64,000 nt of DNA from Styela clava (Eukaryota): assembly GCF_964204865.1 (NCBI RefSeq), contig NC_135253.1, forward strand, positions 10,106,001 to 10,170,000. The letters run 5' to 3'. The stretch's first letter is position 1. Each line of letters starts with the position of its first letter. A model generated the notes under the pieces. It searched no databases. It had not been told where the DNA came from and saw nothing but the letters and a program-made list of their open reading frames with translations. The position numbers were made by a program, and so were the translations under genes. Shown in pieces: positions 13,601-27,904 of this stretch.

Positions 13601-16600
13601 GAAACCATATCTTATGATAGACGACCGCATGGAAATGTCATTGAGCCAGCCACTCTTCAACATATAACATAAATGTGTTATTATTGATCAGGACAATGTT
13701 TTAAAGTCAGAGTTCGAGTAAGCAAAACCAAAATAATTAATGTACAAGAAGTAACATTAACAATCAGTTGCCATAAGAGGAGTCAACATAAAATTGAGAA
13801 AATTCGTGAAATCAGTAATGTAATAATTGCATAAATACCAACTATCGCATGTATACAATGTCTACTGCGTCATTAGAATTTTTAATTCCTTTTTTTTTAG
13901 TTGGTGGTATGAACACAGCACAAAAACACTCCGAGTCAAGTTGAAGCCCACAAGAAATTTTTTTTTTTGAATTTGATTTGTTAAATTGATAAAGCAACGA
14001 AATGCCGTATTTGCTCTTGAACATATGAATAACATATTATGTCATTGCTCAGGGCAATTTTCAATTTCACAGTTTAAAAGTGAACGAAGTAAAAATAAAT
14101 GATTATTGGACAGAAATTTCGATAATAATCATTTGTCATGGAAAAAGACAGGTAATATGAAATACAGAAAATTAATAAAACCATTCGTTTTTACGGATCA
14201 GGATTTTGATCCGGCTCAATTATTGCGAAACAATTCACATGAAAAAAATCCATGTTAAACAAGATAAATCATGTATATTGCTAATAATCACATGCGAATT
14301 ATGCAATTTTGTTACCACTGATGGCGAAAGCCACAATTCGGATGTTATTGAATTCATAATATCTATGACGTCGAAAACTATTTTTAGTGTTGATGTCAAT
14401 TACTCAAAATTTATCGGTTAATTTGTTACAGCTGCTGATAATATTGTCGTCCATATTTACGTTTTTTCCAATACCTCTTTAGTGAGATAAGGTTCCCCAA
14501 TAATTGTTGAAAAACTGTCTGCAGTTACCGACATCAATATCATTCTCTCCGAGAGTCCACAAGGCAAATATGAGTAGCACAATGTGAACAGTAACAACGA
14601 GGGCCGCCTGTAAGGGCAAATTAATTTAGAATTGATGTTGTATCTGGTGCTGGATATATACTATTGTAAATTATCAATATTTACTGACCAGTAAAGTTGT
14701 CAAAAGCTCTTGACAAATGTGCAACACAAAGAGGAAGGAAATTCGAAGTCTTTTTATTTTCATAATTGTATACTTGATGTAAACAAGACTTGGTATAATA
14801 ATGAGTAAAATACTGCAAGTCATCGGTCCTGTAAAATAAATGTCAAATAATTTGAAGACTCGCTCTCGCTGGCCACATACATATGAATAGATTGAGTTTC
14901 CATTAAATTACCGATTTATTACCCTCCAGATAAACTTGCAATCAAGGTACGGCCGCTAAATTTACCAAGTCTTAAACGCAAAAGCTTTAACACATATTAC
15001 AAAATATAATATTTCACTATTACTTTTGTGGAGGAAACGTAGTACATATAGTTACCCAAAATAATTATCAACTGCATTTCATCAAGAGTCTGCGCTAGAA
15101 TAAACGACGTGAAAAACAAGGCAATGATTGTTATCCAATGTCGACTTTTGATATTGGCATCTCCGAATAACACTTCAATTAATTTAACGCACTGCAAAAA
15201 ATATGAAACAATCAGTTACGTCAAAATAGGTTTATTGCAAAACGAGTGACCAACGTAAGATAAGGATTTTAACTATATTGGCTAATTCAAATTGTAGATT
15301 TAGGAGTAGGAATGGATATAGGGGCCTAATAGTCATGCTCTGCAGATGATGATTTCGGTGCCTTGGCAGCCGCACATATCGTGGTGAAAAACGTGCGATC
15401 GCCTGTGAAAATGTTTCTTATAAAATTGCTGAACGCAAATAAGTAAGGATTGCAGAGTACTATATCAGAATACTTACAACCATGACGCGCAGTTGCATTC
15501 CATTTAACGTCATTAAAAGAGCAAAGACACAGAAGAGTATTCCATATATCGTTTGTCCATATGCTTTGAAAAATATCACAGGCGTGGAATCTGCAGACGG
15601 CATAAAACAACAAGTCTTGAAGTAGAGTTGAATGGTAATATAGGGATGCATTTTAGGGTCGTACACAGCGTCTACACTAAACGAGTGTGGCATCTTTGTC
15701 ATTCATCCCATATATATATAAGGAATTTGTACAGAGTACAAATACAATGTAGGATACGGAGTTATTGCTGCTAAAGGCGTATTGATAAATTGGCTTTATT
15801 AATATTTCAACTTCAAGGATTTTAGTTCATTTGATCGGAGTTAATGAGGTAAAATAAAATGCAAATAAGTTAACCAACATATATATAACCATTGAGATAA
15901 ATATCCACATAACAGTTGCTTTTGTATGCTTTATAAATTATACAATACCGAAACCAACCACCCTAGACTTGTAGTCTGCTGCAACAAAGGATATTACATA
16001 ACCTGGGCCTTAATTAAAGACAAGTAGTCAGATGTGGAAGGAGCGGGTTTGGAATTTATCTGCGGAGAGATTAGAACTAATCTTTCCATCGACTCCACAT
16101 TTGTGGTAGCAAGCAGTTTTTTTTTTATAGATATGTAATAAAAACTGGATTGAAATTACACGTACCTCCTAATGTACGATTGACCATCAGAGGAAAAATT
16201 GTGTAGATGACGAACAGTGACGACTTTGCCTTGAACACGAGTTTGGTGTACTCGGGCCTTTCCATCCTAAATTTAAAAATTTAGATAAGTGAAAACAATT
16301 ATCATTAGAATATGTAAAAAGTTACCAAGGGAATATTTTCACTCCGAACATATTTGTCTTTGAGCCTTAGATCGTCAAAATTGACTATATAAATTCGCAA
16401 TGTTCAAATCTGAAATCTAGCATATTTGGGGCAAATCAACCGATGATAAATGAAGAATAAACTTTAATCTTTGACTATAAGAGCGATTAAGATGTAAACA
16501 AGAAAGCAATTGTTTCTCAATAATAGTATAAATAGCAAAATTAAAGTGGCAAAATGAGAAAAATGAATCAAAAATTCATTTTTTCATATTCTCACGTTAA

Positions 16601-17822
16601 TTCTTCCAGGCAAATTGGCAAAATCATTGCATAGTTCATCAACGCAAACATGATGCTTGAGAAAACATAAATGACCTGAAATATAATGTATTTGTAGTGT
16701 TCAATCATTTTTATTATTTTTTATCGTGGGTGTTTCGAAATACAGTGTCCCATTTGTCCCAATGTTGTTGTCCTACAAGTGATATCGGTTAAAAAATATT
16801 TTACAACACAACATAAAACTGAGATTTACTGAGAAACGAATGAAAATTACCTTTGGAGAACTCATAAAAATTGATTGAATATTTATAGATGGCTGTAATA
16901 TGCCTGGACATTGAGTTGTTGCATTGTAAATGCCCAAAATGACGTCTTCATCGCTTTGTATTTGACGATGAGTCACAAACTGAATAAACATCATAAATCC
17001 CAAAAGCATCAACATAGCAAAACGTCTCCAATCAAAACTGTAGGTCTCGTCGACAACAGCTGTAACAAGAGAATTAACGTTGAAGGCGATGGTAAATCTG
17101 TATTTATTTTCGTCTTTCATATGGTCAAATGACAATAATCGTAATTTTTTCAGTTTTCTTCGTAGGGTAAAGGTAGAAGCTCCAAAATGGTATCTTTCAA
17201 AGGGGGTTTTAAGGTTAGTTTTTATTCCCAGCAAAGACAATGTTTATAGAATTATCGATAATTGAGTATCTCATTTTGCTTTGATAGGTAATCTCGGTTC
17301 CTGCAGTAAAATAGCACTCTGCTTAAATAGTTTTTATTCGATTTCTGAACCATTTCTGCTGGGATTGTATCAACGTAGACACACCTCAGAGAGTGATGTT
17401 CTGTGGCATGTTTGTATTTGACACCAGAGTTCGTCCCTATAGTTTCAATAATAATTTCAGAAATGTGGAAGAATACTCACCTTCCATATTAAGATGGTTG
17501 CTTTTCTGTCTTGCGCTGACCGGGAGCTCGCCTACTGATACAAAATTGAATCGTTTTCAAAAAGGCTTAGATTCAACTGAGCTGGATTTTATTATATGTT
17601 TATACTTACCGATTTGATTAACATTCAGGTTTTCTATTTTACTCTCATCGAACTTCATGTGAAAACTAACCTATAAAATTATGAGTATTTATTGAAATCA
17701 GAAAAACTACTTTCGAGGCCTGAATAGATACTATTCAATACTTCTGAATAATACCGTTACAAGAACATAAAATGAGCTAGAGTGGCGTATTGGCATAGTA
17801 AACAACAAATGAAGATTTCGCT

Positions 17823-18476
17823 GAATCGCTGCAGTAAGTACTTTGATCCCGCAGCCTCTCCGTGCCTTCGTTTCAATATTTCAATCAATAATGAGCATGC
17901 AATAAATTGACGCTTATACTGTGATATTTTAATTTACACCTATTACACTTCTTCAAAATAACGTATAGCCTCTTTCAGTAGCCATTTAAGAGCGTGTAGC
18001 AAACCTTACATTTACCCGAATATCAATCCAATTTTGATACATCAGCAGACTTAATAGATTGAATCCTTTATTGTTAGTTGAAAATTAAATTCAGGAAATT
18101 ATACACATAAAGTGATTACATATGAATATCTTTTATAGTAAATTAAGGGTATATTTGGATTGTAGCAAGTGATAAGCAATCAATCTTTTGAAACTATAAA
18201 AATGGTTTATTAATAACTCACCTCTGTCCTCGGTGGGTGATCTGACATAAAAATGAGTCAATGATAAGTATCTGATCGATGTTAACCCGGGAAATTTTTT
18301 AATTGGAACTACAAAAAATTAAATTTACTAAATCGTATTTCTGACTGAAAACTGAAATTGGGATCAGAATCGCTGCAGTAAGTACTTTGATCCCGCAGCC
18401 TCTCCGTGCCTTCGTTTCAATATTTCAATCAATAATGAGCATGCAAAACATTGACGCTTATACTGTGATATTTTAA
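17823..18476. repeat. Two ~110-bp near-identical direct repeats (17823-17932 and 18367-18476)
   Basis: gaatcgctgcagtaagtactttgatcccgcagcctctccgtgccttcg...ttgacgcttatactgtgatattttaa occurs twice. Confidence 0.85.
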
Positions 18477-20222
18477 CCGGGGCAACTGGTTGGAATAAAG
18501 AAAAAATATATCAAAAATCGGTATACAATGTATATATACATATATATATATATATTTGTTTGATAAGCACTAGCAATAAACAAACTTAATTCGCCGGCAG
18601 GTCCTTATAAAACTCCATCTAATCATAAACTCGAAATTCTCGAATTTCTGCTACATATTGAACTAACCTTTTGAAGTTTCAGCACCACCAAAATTACCAC
18701 GAACACGAGCTGCTAGAAGAATTAGTGTTGCGATTGCGTAACATCCCATTGAAATACCAGGGCTACAGAAAAAGAAGTCTGAGATATTGTGTATATAATA
18801 TGGTGGCTGAAGCTAAAATATTATCCGCAAGGCATTATACATTACCTAGTTTTCGTAGGTTCATCGAGCGGAAACAGCATTAGCAATATAATCATTCCCA
18901 AGAGTCTGAAATAAAATGCAGTGCCTGCAACGAAACAGTCAGTGGGTCATTTATTTGTCATAAAAAAGTGTTGATACAGAGAATAAACATTCTTTGATGT
19001 TGTCAGTGTTATATGTCATGTTTGGACTCTGTTACTACTTCTTTAAATTGTATTGTTACGTCACAATGATGAAGTTGAAAGATGTTTTTCAGTTGTAATG
19101 AGTCTGTATTAGTTTTCATAACTTGTTTTAAGATATCACAATCGTTATCAGCTCTCTGAATATATCTTCAAACAGATACATCTACAACGCTGATAAAGGC
19201 TGTTGAGTTTTTAAAAATAACTGCATATTATGCCACTACGGTAAGACTGCTGACTACGCAGTAGTTAGTTACATAGTCGACCGCAACGTCAAACAGAAAC
19301 TGTCAACGTTTCTGTTATCAAGAAGAGTAATTTGGCCTTTTATCGGCAAGAGCAGTTTCAGACTTTATTCGCAAGTTTCAACCTACTTCAGTTGATTAGA
19401 ATAGAAACCTCGTGACACCTTGTGTCGAGTTAATGACAACTGGCTGTTAGTTTAAGAAACAGATGAAGTCGAACAAATATGTCAACAATACATTGAGAGG
19501 GTGGAATCTAAGATACGTTGAGACTTTCAAACGTGATTGTTTCCGCTGCTAATTACAAAATCTTAACAGAATCAGATATAAATGAGACCTAAAAGCATTT
19601 AAAAATAATTATTATTATTGATCCCAATCTCTTTCCTTTTGATTTAGTAAAATATAGAGAGAAAGGCATTTCAGTGCTTCCGTGTAAATTTTTATTTTCT
19701 ATATTTAAAAGTGAAGTGAGTACTTACAAACTAAAACGTCAAAAATGAATAAAATTCGAGCAGGCCAGTCGAGAATTGGCAGATAATGCTTGATGATAGT
19801 CTGAAATTTATGAGAAAAAATAACACAGACAGAAAATGAATTATGAATGCGGTGCATTTTGGAACAAAAAATCATTTTTATTCTCAACTACGTAACCAAT
19901 GCCACTATTTAGGCTACAATAGATGGAAATGTTTCAAAAAATTCAATAATTTCATTATCGTTATCACAGGGCCCATTGTTCAATTCCAAACGTTGCTTAT
20001 GTTGATGAATTGCACCACTGCAGTCCTGGAACCGTAAGGGCTGCTCTAAGTAAACTTTATCTTTGGTCAGTGAGCCGAAATATCACAGCGGACAATAGCA
20101 GGAGTAGTAAACCACATAGTCGCATTACGTACGTCAATCACGTCGAAGATCTTAAAACTTTAACAAATTTTAACAAAAAAAAATGCTCATGTCGTTATCG
20201 CGAAATTGATTATTATATACAG

Positions 20223-20640
20223 CAGTGATTTTCAATTGATGGTTTACACTTTACAGAACACTGGTTTTCCGTAAATAACCTTCGGGTGTTCCGCGTCAAA
20301 TTTTTATTCCCTTTTTTTTATATTGGTATAATATTTTATGTTTAAAAAAAAGTCAATGAGCACATATTTGATTCTAAGAAAATTATATCACGTGTTTTAA
20401 ATTAAACGACAGTACCCAGGTATAGGTTTCCTGGTTCATTTCTGTGACAATGGCTAAACAGCAAACGGAAATTTAACCAGCCACTTACGGATTTATAAAG
20501 ATGTTTGAAATATGACTCGTTTTCGTAATATCGAGCGTCATTGACATTTCCCCGAATACGAAAATTTTCATTTACTGATCCGCAAGAAATTTTTTGACAT
20601 AAAAAATATTCCGCGGTTCAAAATATGTTGAAAATCACTG
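20223..20640. mobile_element. hAT MITE with 13-bp TIRs and 8-bp TSD
   Basis: TIRs cagtgattttcaa / ttgaaaatcactg. TSD atatacag at 20215-20222 and 20641-20648. Confidence 0.9.
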
Positions 20641-22977
20641 ATATACAGAGTTACCATACAAAATAGTTAGTGTAGTTTATTCCTTTTTGTGGTATTAGAT
20701 CCGAAGACTGATCCGAAACAATCTCGCTCAAGTAGATAAGGGAATGGCCTGTAGAGTACGTCCCAAATAGAAGAAGTATACTAAACAAATAACGGGCACA
20801 CGTGAACAATAGAAAACCAAGTTTGAAGAATGCAGTTATATATTCAAAGTCATAAACAGATACATATTAGGGGATGTGAATAAAAATCGTTATTATAATA
20901 GGCATTTAGTTTGACCAAATATAATTACCCTGCGATAAATATGTTTTTGTTATACAAAACGGCATAACTACGAAAAACTGCACCAATAAACATTGCTTAC
21001 CAGTATGGCAAAATGCCCAGTTGACCCATGCCAAATGGAAGAATCAGCACACTTAATCCGACAGCATGAGCTATGTATCTCAGTACCCAATCGATTTGAT
21101 TTGGAATCTGAGGAACAGAAACATTTAAAATAAAAAATATGGCTAGTCAATCAACGAATTATTACAATATTCAGATGATTAGGGAATATTAGTAAATTAA
21201 ATGCGCACCATCACCATCAAGTCATTTCCTTATCGACGCAATAGGATACTCCCAGAAGAAGAGCAACAGAGTAGTACAAAGACGACTGAGATTATGTAGC
21301 AGCTACAAAGTTATTGTAGTTGAAATAGCAATTTGACATTATGAACATCAGCAAAGTACAACAATGAGAATAGCTTGATTTGATACGAGTTGTCCGGTTT
21401 CTCGGTTTTTCATACCAGGGTCAAAAATTGTTTCTCAAGGAAAGTTGAGCAATTTTGTTCCAGAAATAAATTAATAATCTCATGTAATAGTAAGAGATTA
21501 TTATTTGTATAACTTTTAAAATGTGAGCGGTATGGATTCCGAAATTTAGATTACGTTCTCGACTACTTGCACTACTCGACTTGTCGGGTTTAAAAATAGG
21601 ATACTGATTTCGATTGAATATAAGCACAAAACTTCGAAACCTGTCTCAAATTTTTTATTCAATATTATGAATAAGTGGCTTTTTGTATTCAAACTCACTT
21701 GCGGTTTGGCGTCTTGGCACATATTGAAGATACCTGCAGCAAATTCGGTACGTACTTATCTGTTCAATTCAACTGAAGTTGATCTCGTCGTCCAGGAAAA
21801 CTACGCAAACTTCAAATCTTAGTCTTAATTTTAGTTATTGAAAATACGCTAGAAATCTGATGACTGCCAAAACAGATGAGTCTATGTGTAAAGCGCTAAC
21901 TCCATAAACATGTTTGGCTTGCCCTCAAATTACACATATCTACCATCGCGAAACAAAGCACCCTAAAAAGGGGAAGTGAAAATGAAAACGTCATGCACGA
22001 CGGAAATGGTATTTCTCTGTCTAAACACTCCGCGATTGAAGAAACGTCAGGTCTGAAAATTTAAAATATTAAGTAATGCACAAACTTTGGGTTAAAAGTA
22101 GTAACAATATTCGTTTCGGAACTCGGAAGCTTAAGCCTATCGTCAATTGTTACGAAAATTTTATCACGAAACTACGGAAGCAATGTGCATATTATCCCAT
22201 TGTCAATTTAATTGATATGCAAACTGCCGATTAAATCTTGAAAATATAATATATATACAGCCTGGTTGTTGCACGGGACCGAAAAACAAACTGAAACTGC
22301 TATGTCGGCGAAATAAATATTAGCCTACTTGCTTAGAGTTAGAGGTGATAAGATACTTCCTTCATCACGAGAAAATGGATGGTATTTATATTTCAAGCTA
22401 GAACACATTCCATTATTGTGGAAAGTGTCGATGGTGTCAATATTTTATCAAACGACGAACAATACTCAAGCTGAGCGATTCGACGAACTGAATTGATAAC
22501 AGACAATAAATATAATATAAAATAAGCATATCGACCAAACCAATATAAAGGAAACCAATATTACATTCAGGTACGTTTAATTGCCTTGCAATAAATTTAT
22601 AACTCTCGTCAGCATCATGGACCCAAATGTGACGGCATGAGACGTCGGAAATATCCGGTTTGAATCCCACGTCATCGAGGTTATGATCAATTGAGCTGGG
22701 TATATGTCACTATTTTTGTCTGGAGCATTTTTCGACCACAGATATAAAAGCGCATTGCCGCTCGCTTTATAAAGATATGTTTGCAAGATTTACAATGAAA
22801 ACTTTTCTGGCTAGATACGAAGAATTAAACATCTTTCTTTTTGCTATTTCGATATGAATCATAAACAATAAAAGTAATTAATGTCCATGTCTAACTTTTT
22901 TGAAAAAAATGTTCTCTCGAAGCTTTTTGTCATCGTCATATTTAAGCTCATAAAGGTGATTGATGTTCAACGTTGCC

Positions 22978-22984
22978 TATAAAA
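22978..22984 (+). promoter_or_regulatory. TATA box of lipocalin A
   Basis: cctataaaa lies ~65 bp upstream of the ATG, and the same motif sits at the equivalent position upstream of lipocalin B (26391-26397). Confidence 0.55.
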
Positions 22985-23043
22985 CAATCGACTAAACGTT
23001 TATCACTGTTATTCTACGAGTAAACTTGACAGCATCGTTGACA

Positions 23044-24753
23044 ATGGTTTTGAGACTACTCTCAGTTGTTTTACTAGTTTTATTACTGAATTTGAATTCA
23101 GGAGCAGCTGCACAAAAATGCAAATTGGCAAAAGCGCGACTTCTTAACTGGGATAAGGTAAAGTGATCATGCTCACAGTGTCAATCACAAGGAATCTTTT
23201 TTTGCAATGTCTATCATTATTATACTTTGTTTGCATGCAATAAACATTTCTGTGTTATGTTACACTTTACTGTAATTTTGCTGGTCGGGACTGATATAAA
23301 AATATTTGTATTTGTATTTAGCTTGATGGACTGTGGTACAACACATTTTGTCATGCCGATGATGCAACTCAATTAAAAGGACGTTGTAACAGCATGATCG
23401 TTGTACGATCTTTTGGATATGATGGAGTCGCAGTCGTGAAGAATGTAATGCCACAAAAGTAAGTTCGTAAAGTCCGGCAAACGTCGAAATATCAATAACT
23501 TAAACACACGCTTTTTAACGAAAAACGAAACAAATTTTACTGAACAAGTTATTTTATCTTTTTCAAAGGCAATATTAAAACACAATTTCCAAATACAAAA
23601 AATTTTCAGAGTTACAACCGATACAGAAAAAGATGTTGCCCCACAAAGCGTAGCAGAATATTTCATTGCAGTTGATCCAGGAATCTACAGGCTGGACCAA
23701 TCATCGGGTTAGTATATTTAATAAACATTCAATTTTGTACTTTGATGTTCTACAATCTACAACCTAACAATCTTATAATTCCTTCAATTTGTTCAGAATT
23801 ACAATGGATCAACACCAAGAATTTGGAGAAAATTATGACAAAAGATAAAATGACTTCCTACGTCAACGGTAGGGGCTTTAAGATAGATAATCCATTCCTA
23901 ATGTTTTTTTATATTTTGTTATTCACATTCTATTTAGAAAATTTCCAACATAAAAAAAAAATTGTTAGGCGTACATAACTGTCGTCTTCAGAAAAAAAAA
24001 CGGAATATATACTTTTATTTCTTCATATCACACCGCTTAATCGGTCATAACTACGACTTAATATATAAAAAAAACTTGAAGCGGGCTACCATCTGAACAC
24101 ATTTTCTTCATCATCAAATACGAGTTATTGTTGCTAAATTTTTTATCTAAAATCAATTTCTATTTCCTTGCAGCTATCTCCGAGCATTACACAAACGATT
24201 TCGCCGTAACGACTAATTATAGAAACTTTCTCATGATAAGTCAATGCAATCGCAAAGGTGAGTTAAAACATCGATACAATTTGAAATCACTATCAATTTT
24301 TGTTGCAATTTTACATATTTTTTTATTCAATTGCGTGGCAGTCATTTTTTACAATCCATGACCTTCAGATGTATTGACTATAAGGTCTGTATATGATGGG
24401 CTCCTGTTTTAACGCGCAAGGTTGATGGTAATTGACAATCGATACATTTTTCATTGCCATGCGAAACTGACTGACTAGCTGAAATAATCCAATCATTTTA
24501 TTAGCTGTTATCAGCTCTGAAACCCAAGAGACATTTAGCAATAGAAAATCTTACCATTTCTGGTATGTTCATCACTTTTTCAGGAAAGTACTCTGTTTGG
24601 GTTTACACAAAAACACCGAATCCTGACGAAGAAGTGAAAACGGAAATTGAAAATAATATGAGATTTAGAAAAATCGACGCTCAGTTACAGAAGAATGACG
24701 GGTGTGTTGCAACTATCAGCAGTATTTTTGAGCAGAGATCTGAGCCAAAATAA
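23044..24753 (+). CDS. Secreted lipocalin-family protein A (ApoD-like Cys pattern)
   Basis: Exons 23044-23157, 23322-23458, 23610-23707, 23797-23868, 24174-24257, 24584-24753; intron phases 0,2,1,1,1 as in animal lipocalins. Has a signal peptide, SCR1 LNWDKLDGLWY, SCR2-like TTNY and SCR3-like VWVYTK. Confidence 0.85.
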
Positions 24754-26390
24754 AATAAAACCTTGTTTTTAATATTTGTGTACACTTTCCAAAATAGTTT
24801 AAGTACAGCTTTTAATGTTGTGTATAGTATTACTTTAATATCAACAATTCAGTTCCATTTAATATTTTCATGTTTAGAATATGTTTGTTAGATTAGGTAC
24901 ATATTGTGCTTGTTTGCTTTCAACGTCTAATCTAATACATACAATATAGTGTTGTAATAACCCAATAAACATTTTGCACAAGAAATTCAATACGTTTATT
25001 ATTGTTTGAGATCGTTTGGGTTCATGACTAAACAATAACACCACTTGGAATTAAATGAACTAATTAGATTTGATTCGGGCGTTAATGAATATTTAAACAA
25101 TTAAATATGAGTAGCTGACTTGGTATCAGTGAGAGCTTGTGAGGTGAATCAAGGCAAGTAACAAAATATATTTTTGAAGCTCAAGTCTATCGGCAAATGC
25201 AACTTATTATCACAAAACGTTTAGTACAAAGCGATGGAAGCACGTATCATTTCCTGTATTATCAATTTGATATACAAATTGTAGATAAAAACTCGAGTTT
25301 AGTTTTTATCCGGTCTTAAAATATAATATAGGTAGCCAAAGGAGATATATACTCTCGATTGGCGCACAGTCGCAATATTTATCGCATGAGAACATCGCAC
25401 TTAACGGGAACTCTGCTCTACCACGTTGACGAACTAAACATTGGCATACTAGTCTAATGGTTATAAATTAATTTCTTATTTATGAGAAAATGAATGATCT
25501 GGTTTTTAAGCTGAAATACGTTGTTTAAAAAGTTTGAAGTGATACATACATACGAAATTTCAGTGTGCGTTCGTCACGTAGTATTACTTATTTCTTGTGC
25601 ATCCAAAATTCAAACTATTTATTTAGCAAGCCCGTGAATTCTATGTTCCATATATTTCTCTTACTTGGGTATAGCGGAACCAAAGTCCATTGAAGTTCCG
25701 TCGATTCCAGAACTATGGTGGTAATACAAAAGTGTTTCAATTAGGAAAACTCAAAAATTTCGGAAGATTAGTTGCCTCTAACAACGTGCGGTTTCTATTA
25801 AAATTAGCGTTTCATTTTTAACTGGCTGTCTATACGAGCATGCGTTTTCTATTAACATTTTATTTCAATAGACTGTATATGGATTAATATAAAAGAGGGA
25901 AATTTTAGGATTTTATGAAAGCTGACATATTATCTATCTTATTCGGCGGGATAGCAAAGGTTAAATAGCAACAACCTATCTTGCAATAAATTGGAAATCT
26001 CATAAGCACGTTGAATATAAATAAGATGACGTGGCAAATTCAAGAATTCGTGTATGAATTCTATTTCAATCATATTATCGAAAGTGTGATAAATTGAGTA
26101 GGTTAAATGTCACATATCGACATGCTGGTGACTGCATATGTCAGAGCAATTTCGATCCATATCAAACCAAGTCGTAAAATCGTGTTGCCTTTTTTTCAAT
26201 ATCGAGATACGCTCATGCTTGCGAACAAATACAAAGTATTAAAAATTCTCGTCCACGATATTACAATTTTAATCAGACAAATATACGTAATTTATGTCTA
26301 TGTCTGAATTCTTTGAAAATCTTTGCTCGCGTGCTTTTCGTATGCGTCATATTTGTGCCCATAAACGTGATCGATGTTTAACGGTAAACC

Positions 26391-26397
26391 TATAAAA
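26391..26397 (+). promoter_or_regulatory. TATA box of lipocalin B
   Basis: tataaaa sits in a promoter block homologous to that of gene A. Confidence 0.55.
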
Positions 26398-26465
26398 TAG
26401 TCGGCTAAACGTTTATCATTGTTATTTCGAGGATCAACTTGACATCACTGACAACTTTCTTCACC

Positions 26466-27904
26466 ATGATTTCGAAACTGCTTTCAGTTGTTGTACTCGT
26501 GTTTTTAGTGGGTTCGAATCCCGGACAAGCTGCACAACAATGCAAATTGGCAAAAGCGCGAATTCTTAACTGGGATAAAGTAATGCAATTAAATATTTTT
26601 AAAATTACCTCACATGAATAAACAATGAATCCTCTTTTTGTATTGTATATAATTAAATTTAATGTCCTGTTTAGTAGTAAAAGTTTCTGTCCTATTTCAA
26701 ATCCGACAATTTTACTGTTCGGACTGATGCAAAAATATATTTTTTTTTCAGCTTAGTGGAATATGGTACAACACATTCAGCCACGTTGAAGATCCAACTC
26801 AATTAGAAGGACGTTGTAACAGCATCGTCGTAGCTGGATCTTTTGGACATGATGGTGTCGCAGTCGTGAGGAACGTAATGCCACAAATGTAAGTAACAAA
26901 TATCGATACCCGAAACGCAAAACGAAATTTCTCAAATTAGCATGCTCTTGTAATAAAAAAGCAATATCTATTTAACAAGAATTTTTATCTTTTCAAATAC
27001 AATATTAAAACACATTTTCCTAATTTTGAAAAAAAAAATTAGACTTACGCCCGATGGAAAAAAAGATGTTGCCCCTAAAAGCGTTCCGGAATATTTCATG
27101 GCAGTTGACCCAGGGATTTACAGACTAGACCAATCATCGGGTTAGTATATTTAACAAGTAAACATAGTGATGATCTACAACCCAATACTCTTAAACAAAA
27201 TTTTAATTTGTTCAGAATTACAATGGATTAACACGAAGATTTTGGAACAAATTATGACGAAAGAGAGAATGACTTCTTATGTGAACGGTAAAGGCTTTAA
27301 GATGAATAGATTATTCTAAACTTTTTATATTTTGTTATCTGTAATTTTTATCAAAAAGATCAAGATAACTAAATCGTACGACGTTTTGAACTGTTCTCTT
27401 CATTTCTTTATTCATCTTATTACCATGCATTTCAAAATCTAATTTTTGTTGTTTGTCTTTTATTTTTCAGCTATTTCAGATCATTACACAAACGATTTCG
27501 CCATAACGACTAATTATAAAAATTTCCTCATGATAAGCCAATGCAATCGTGAAGGTGAGTCAAAACATACTGATTCCATTTTTCGCTAATGTGAATCGAA
27601 GGTTCTAATGTTCCAATCGTTTCAATAATATAATTAGCTTTGACCACCAGAAAGACGTTTCATATTCCCAGACATTTTCCAATGAAATCTGTATATTTTC
27701 AATGTGTTAATCAGTTTCTTACCATATATTACAGGGAAGTACTCTGTTTGGGTTTACACAAAAACACCGAATCCCGACGAAGAAGTGAAGACAGACGTTG
27801 AAAATAACATGACACACAGAAGAATCAACGCTGAGTTGCAGAAGAATGACGCTTGTGTTGCCACTATCAACAGTATTTTCGAGCAAGGATCCGTGCCGAA
27901 ATAA
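26466..27904 (+). CDS. Secreted lipocalin-family protein B
   Basis: Exons 26466-26579, 26752-26888, 27043-27140, 27216-27287, 27471-27554, 27735-27904. Contains LNWDKLSGIWY and is a close paralogue of A. Confidence 0.85.

Larger units (their letters stand above)
14479..21107 (-). pseudogene. SLC38/Aa_trans-like paralogue, copy 2: 5' exons disrupted, 3' eleven exons intact
   Basis: Exons 21107-21001, ~20112-20001 (in-frame TAA at 20057-20059; donor reads AT), 19800-19728, 18905-18846 (60 nt vs 62 nt in copy 1, giving a frameshift), 18778-18668, 18241-18222, 17670-17610, 17534-17481, 17059-16851, 16675-16596, 16266-16166, 15590-15478, 15191-15056, 14828-14689, 14607-14479. Shares CPGILQP, YGIL..., LRVM and the 80/113-nt exon sizes with copy 1. 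Further exon-like remnants may extend to ~22050. Confidence 0.7.
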
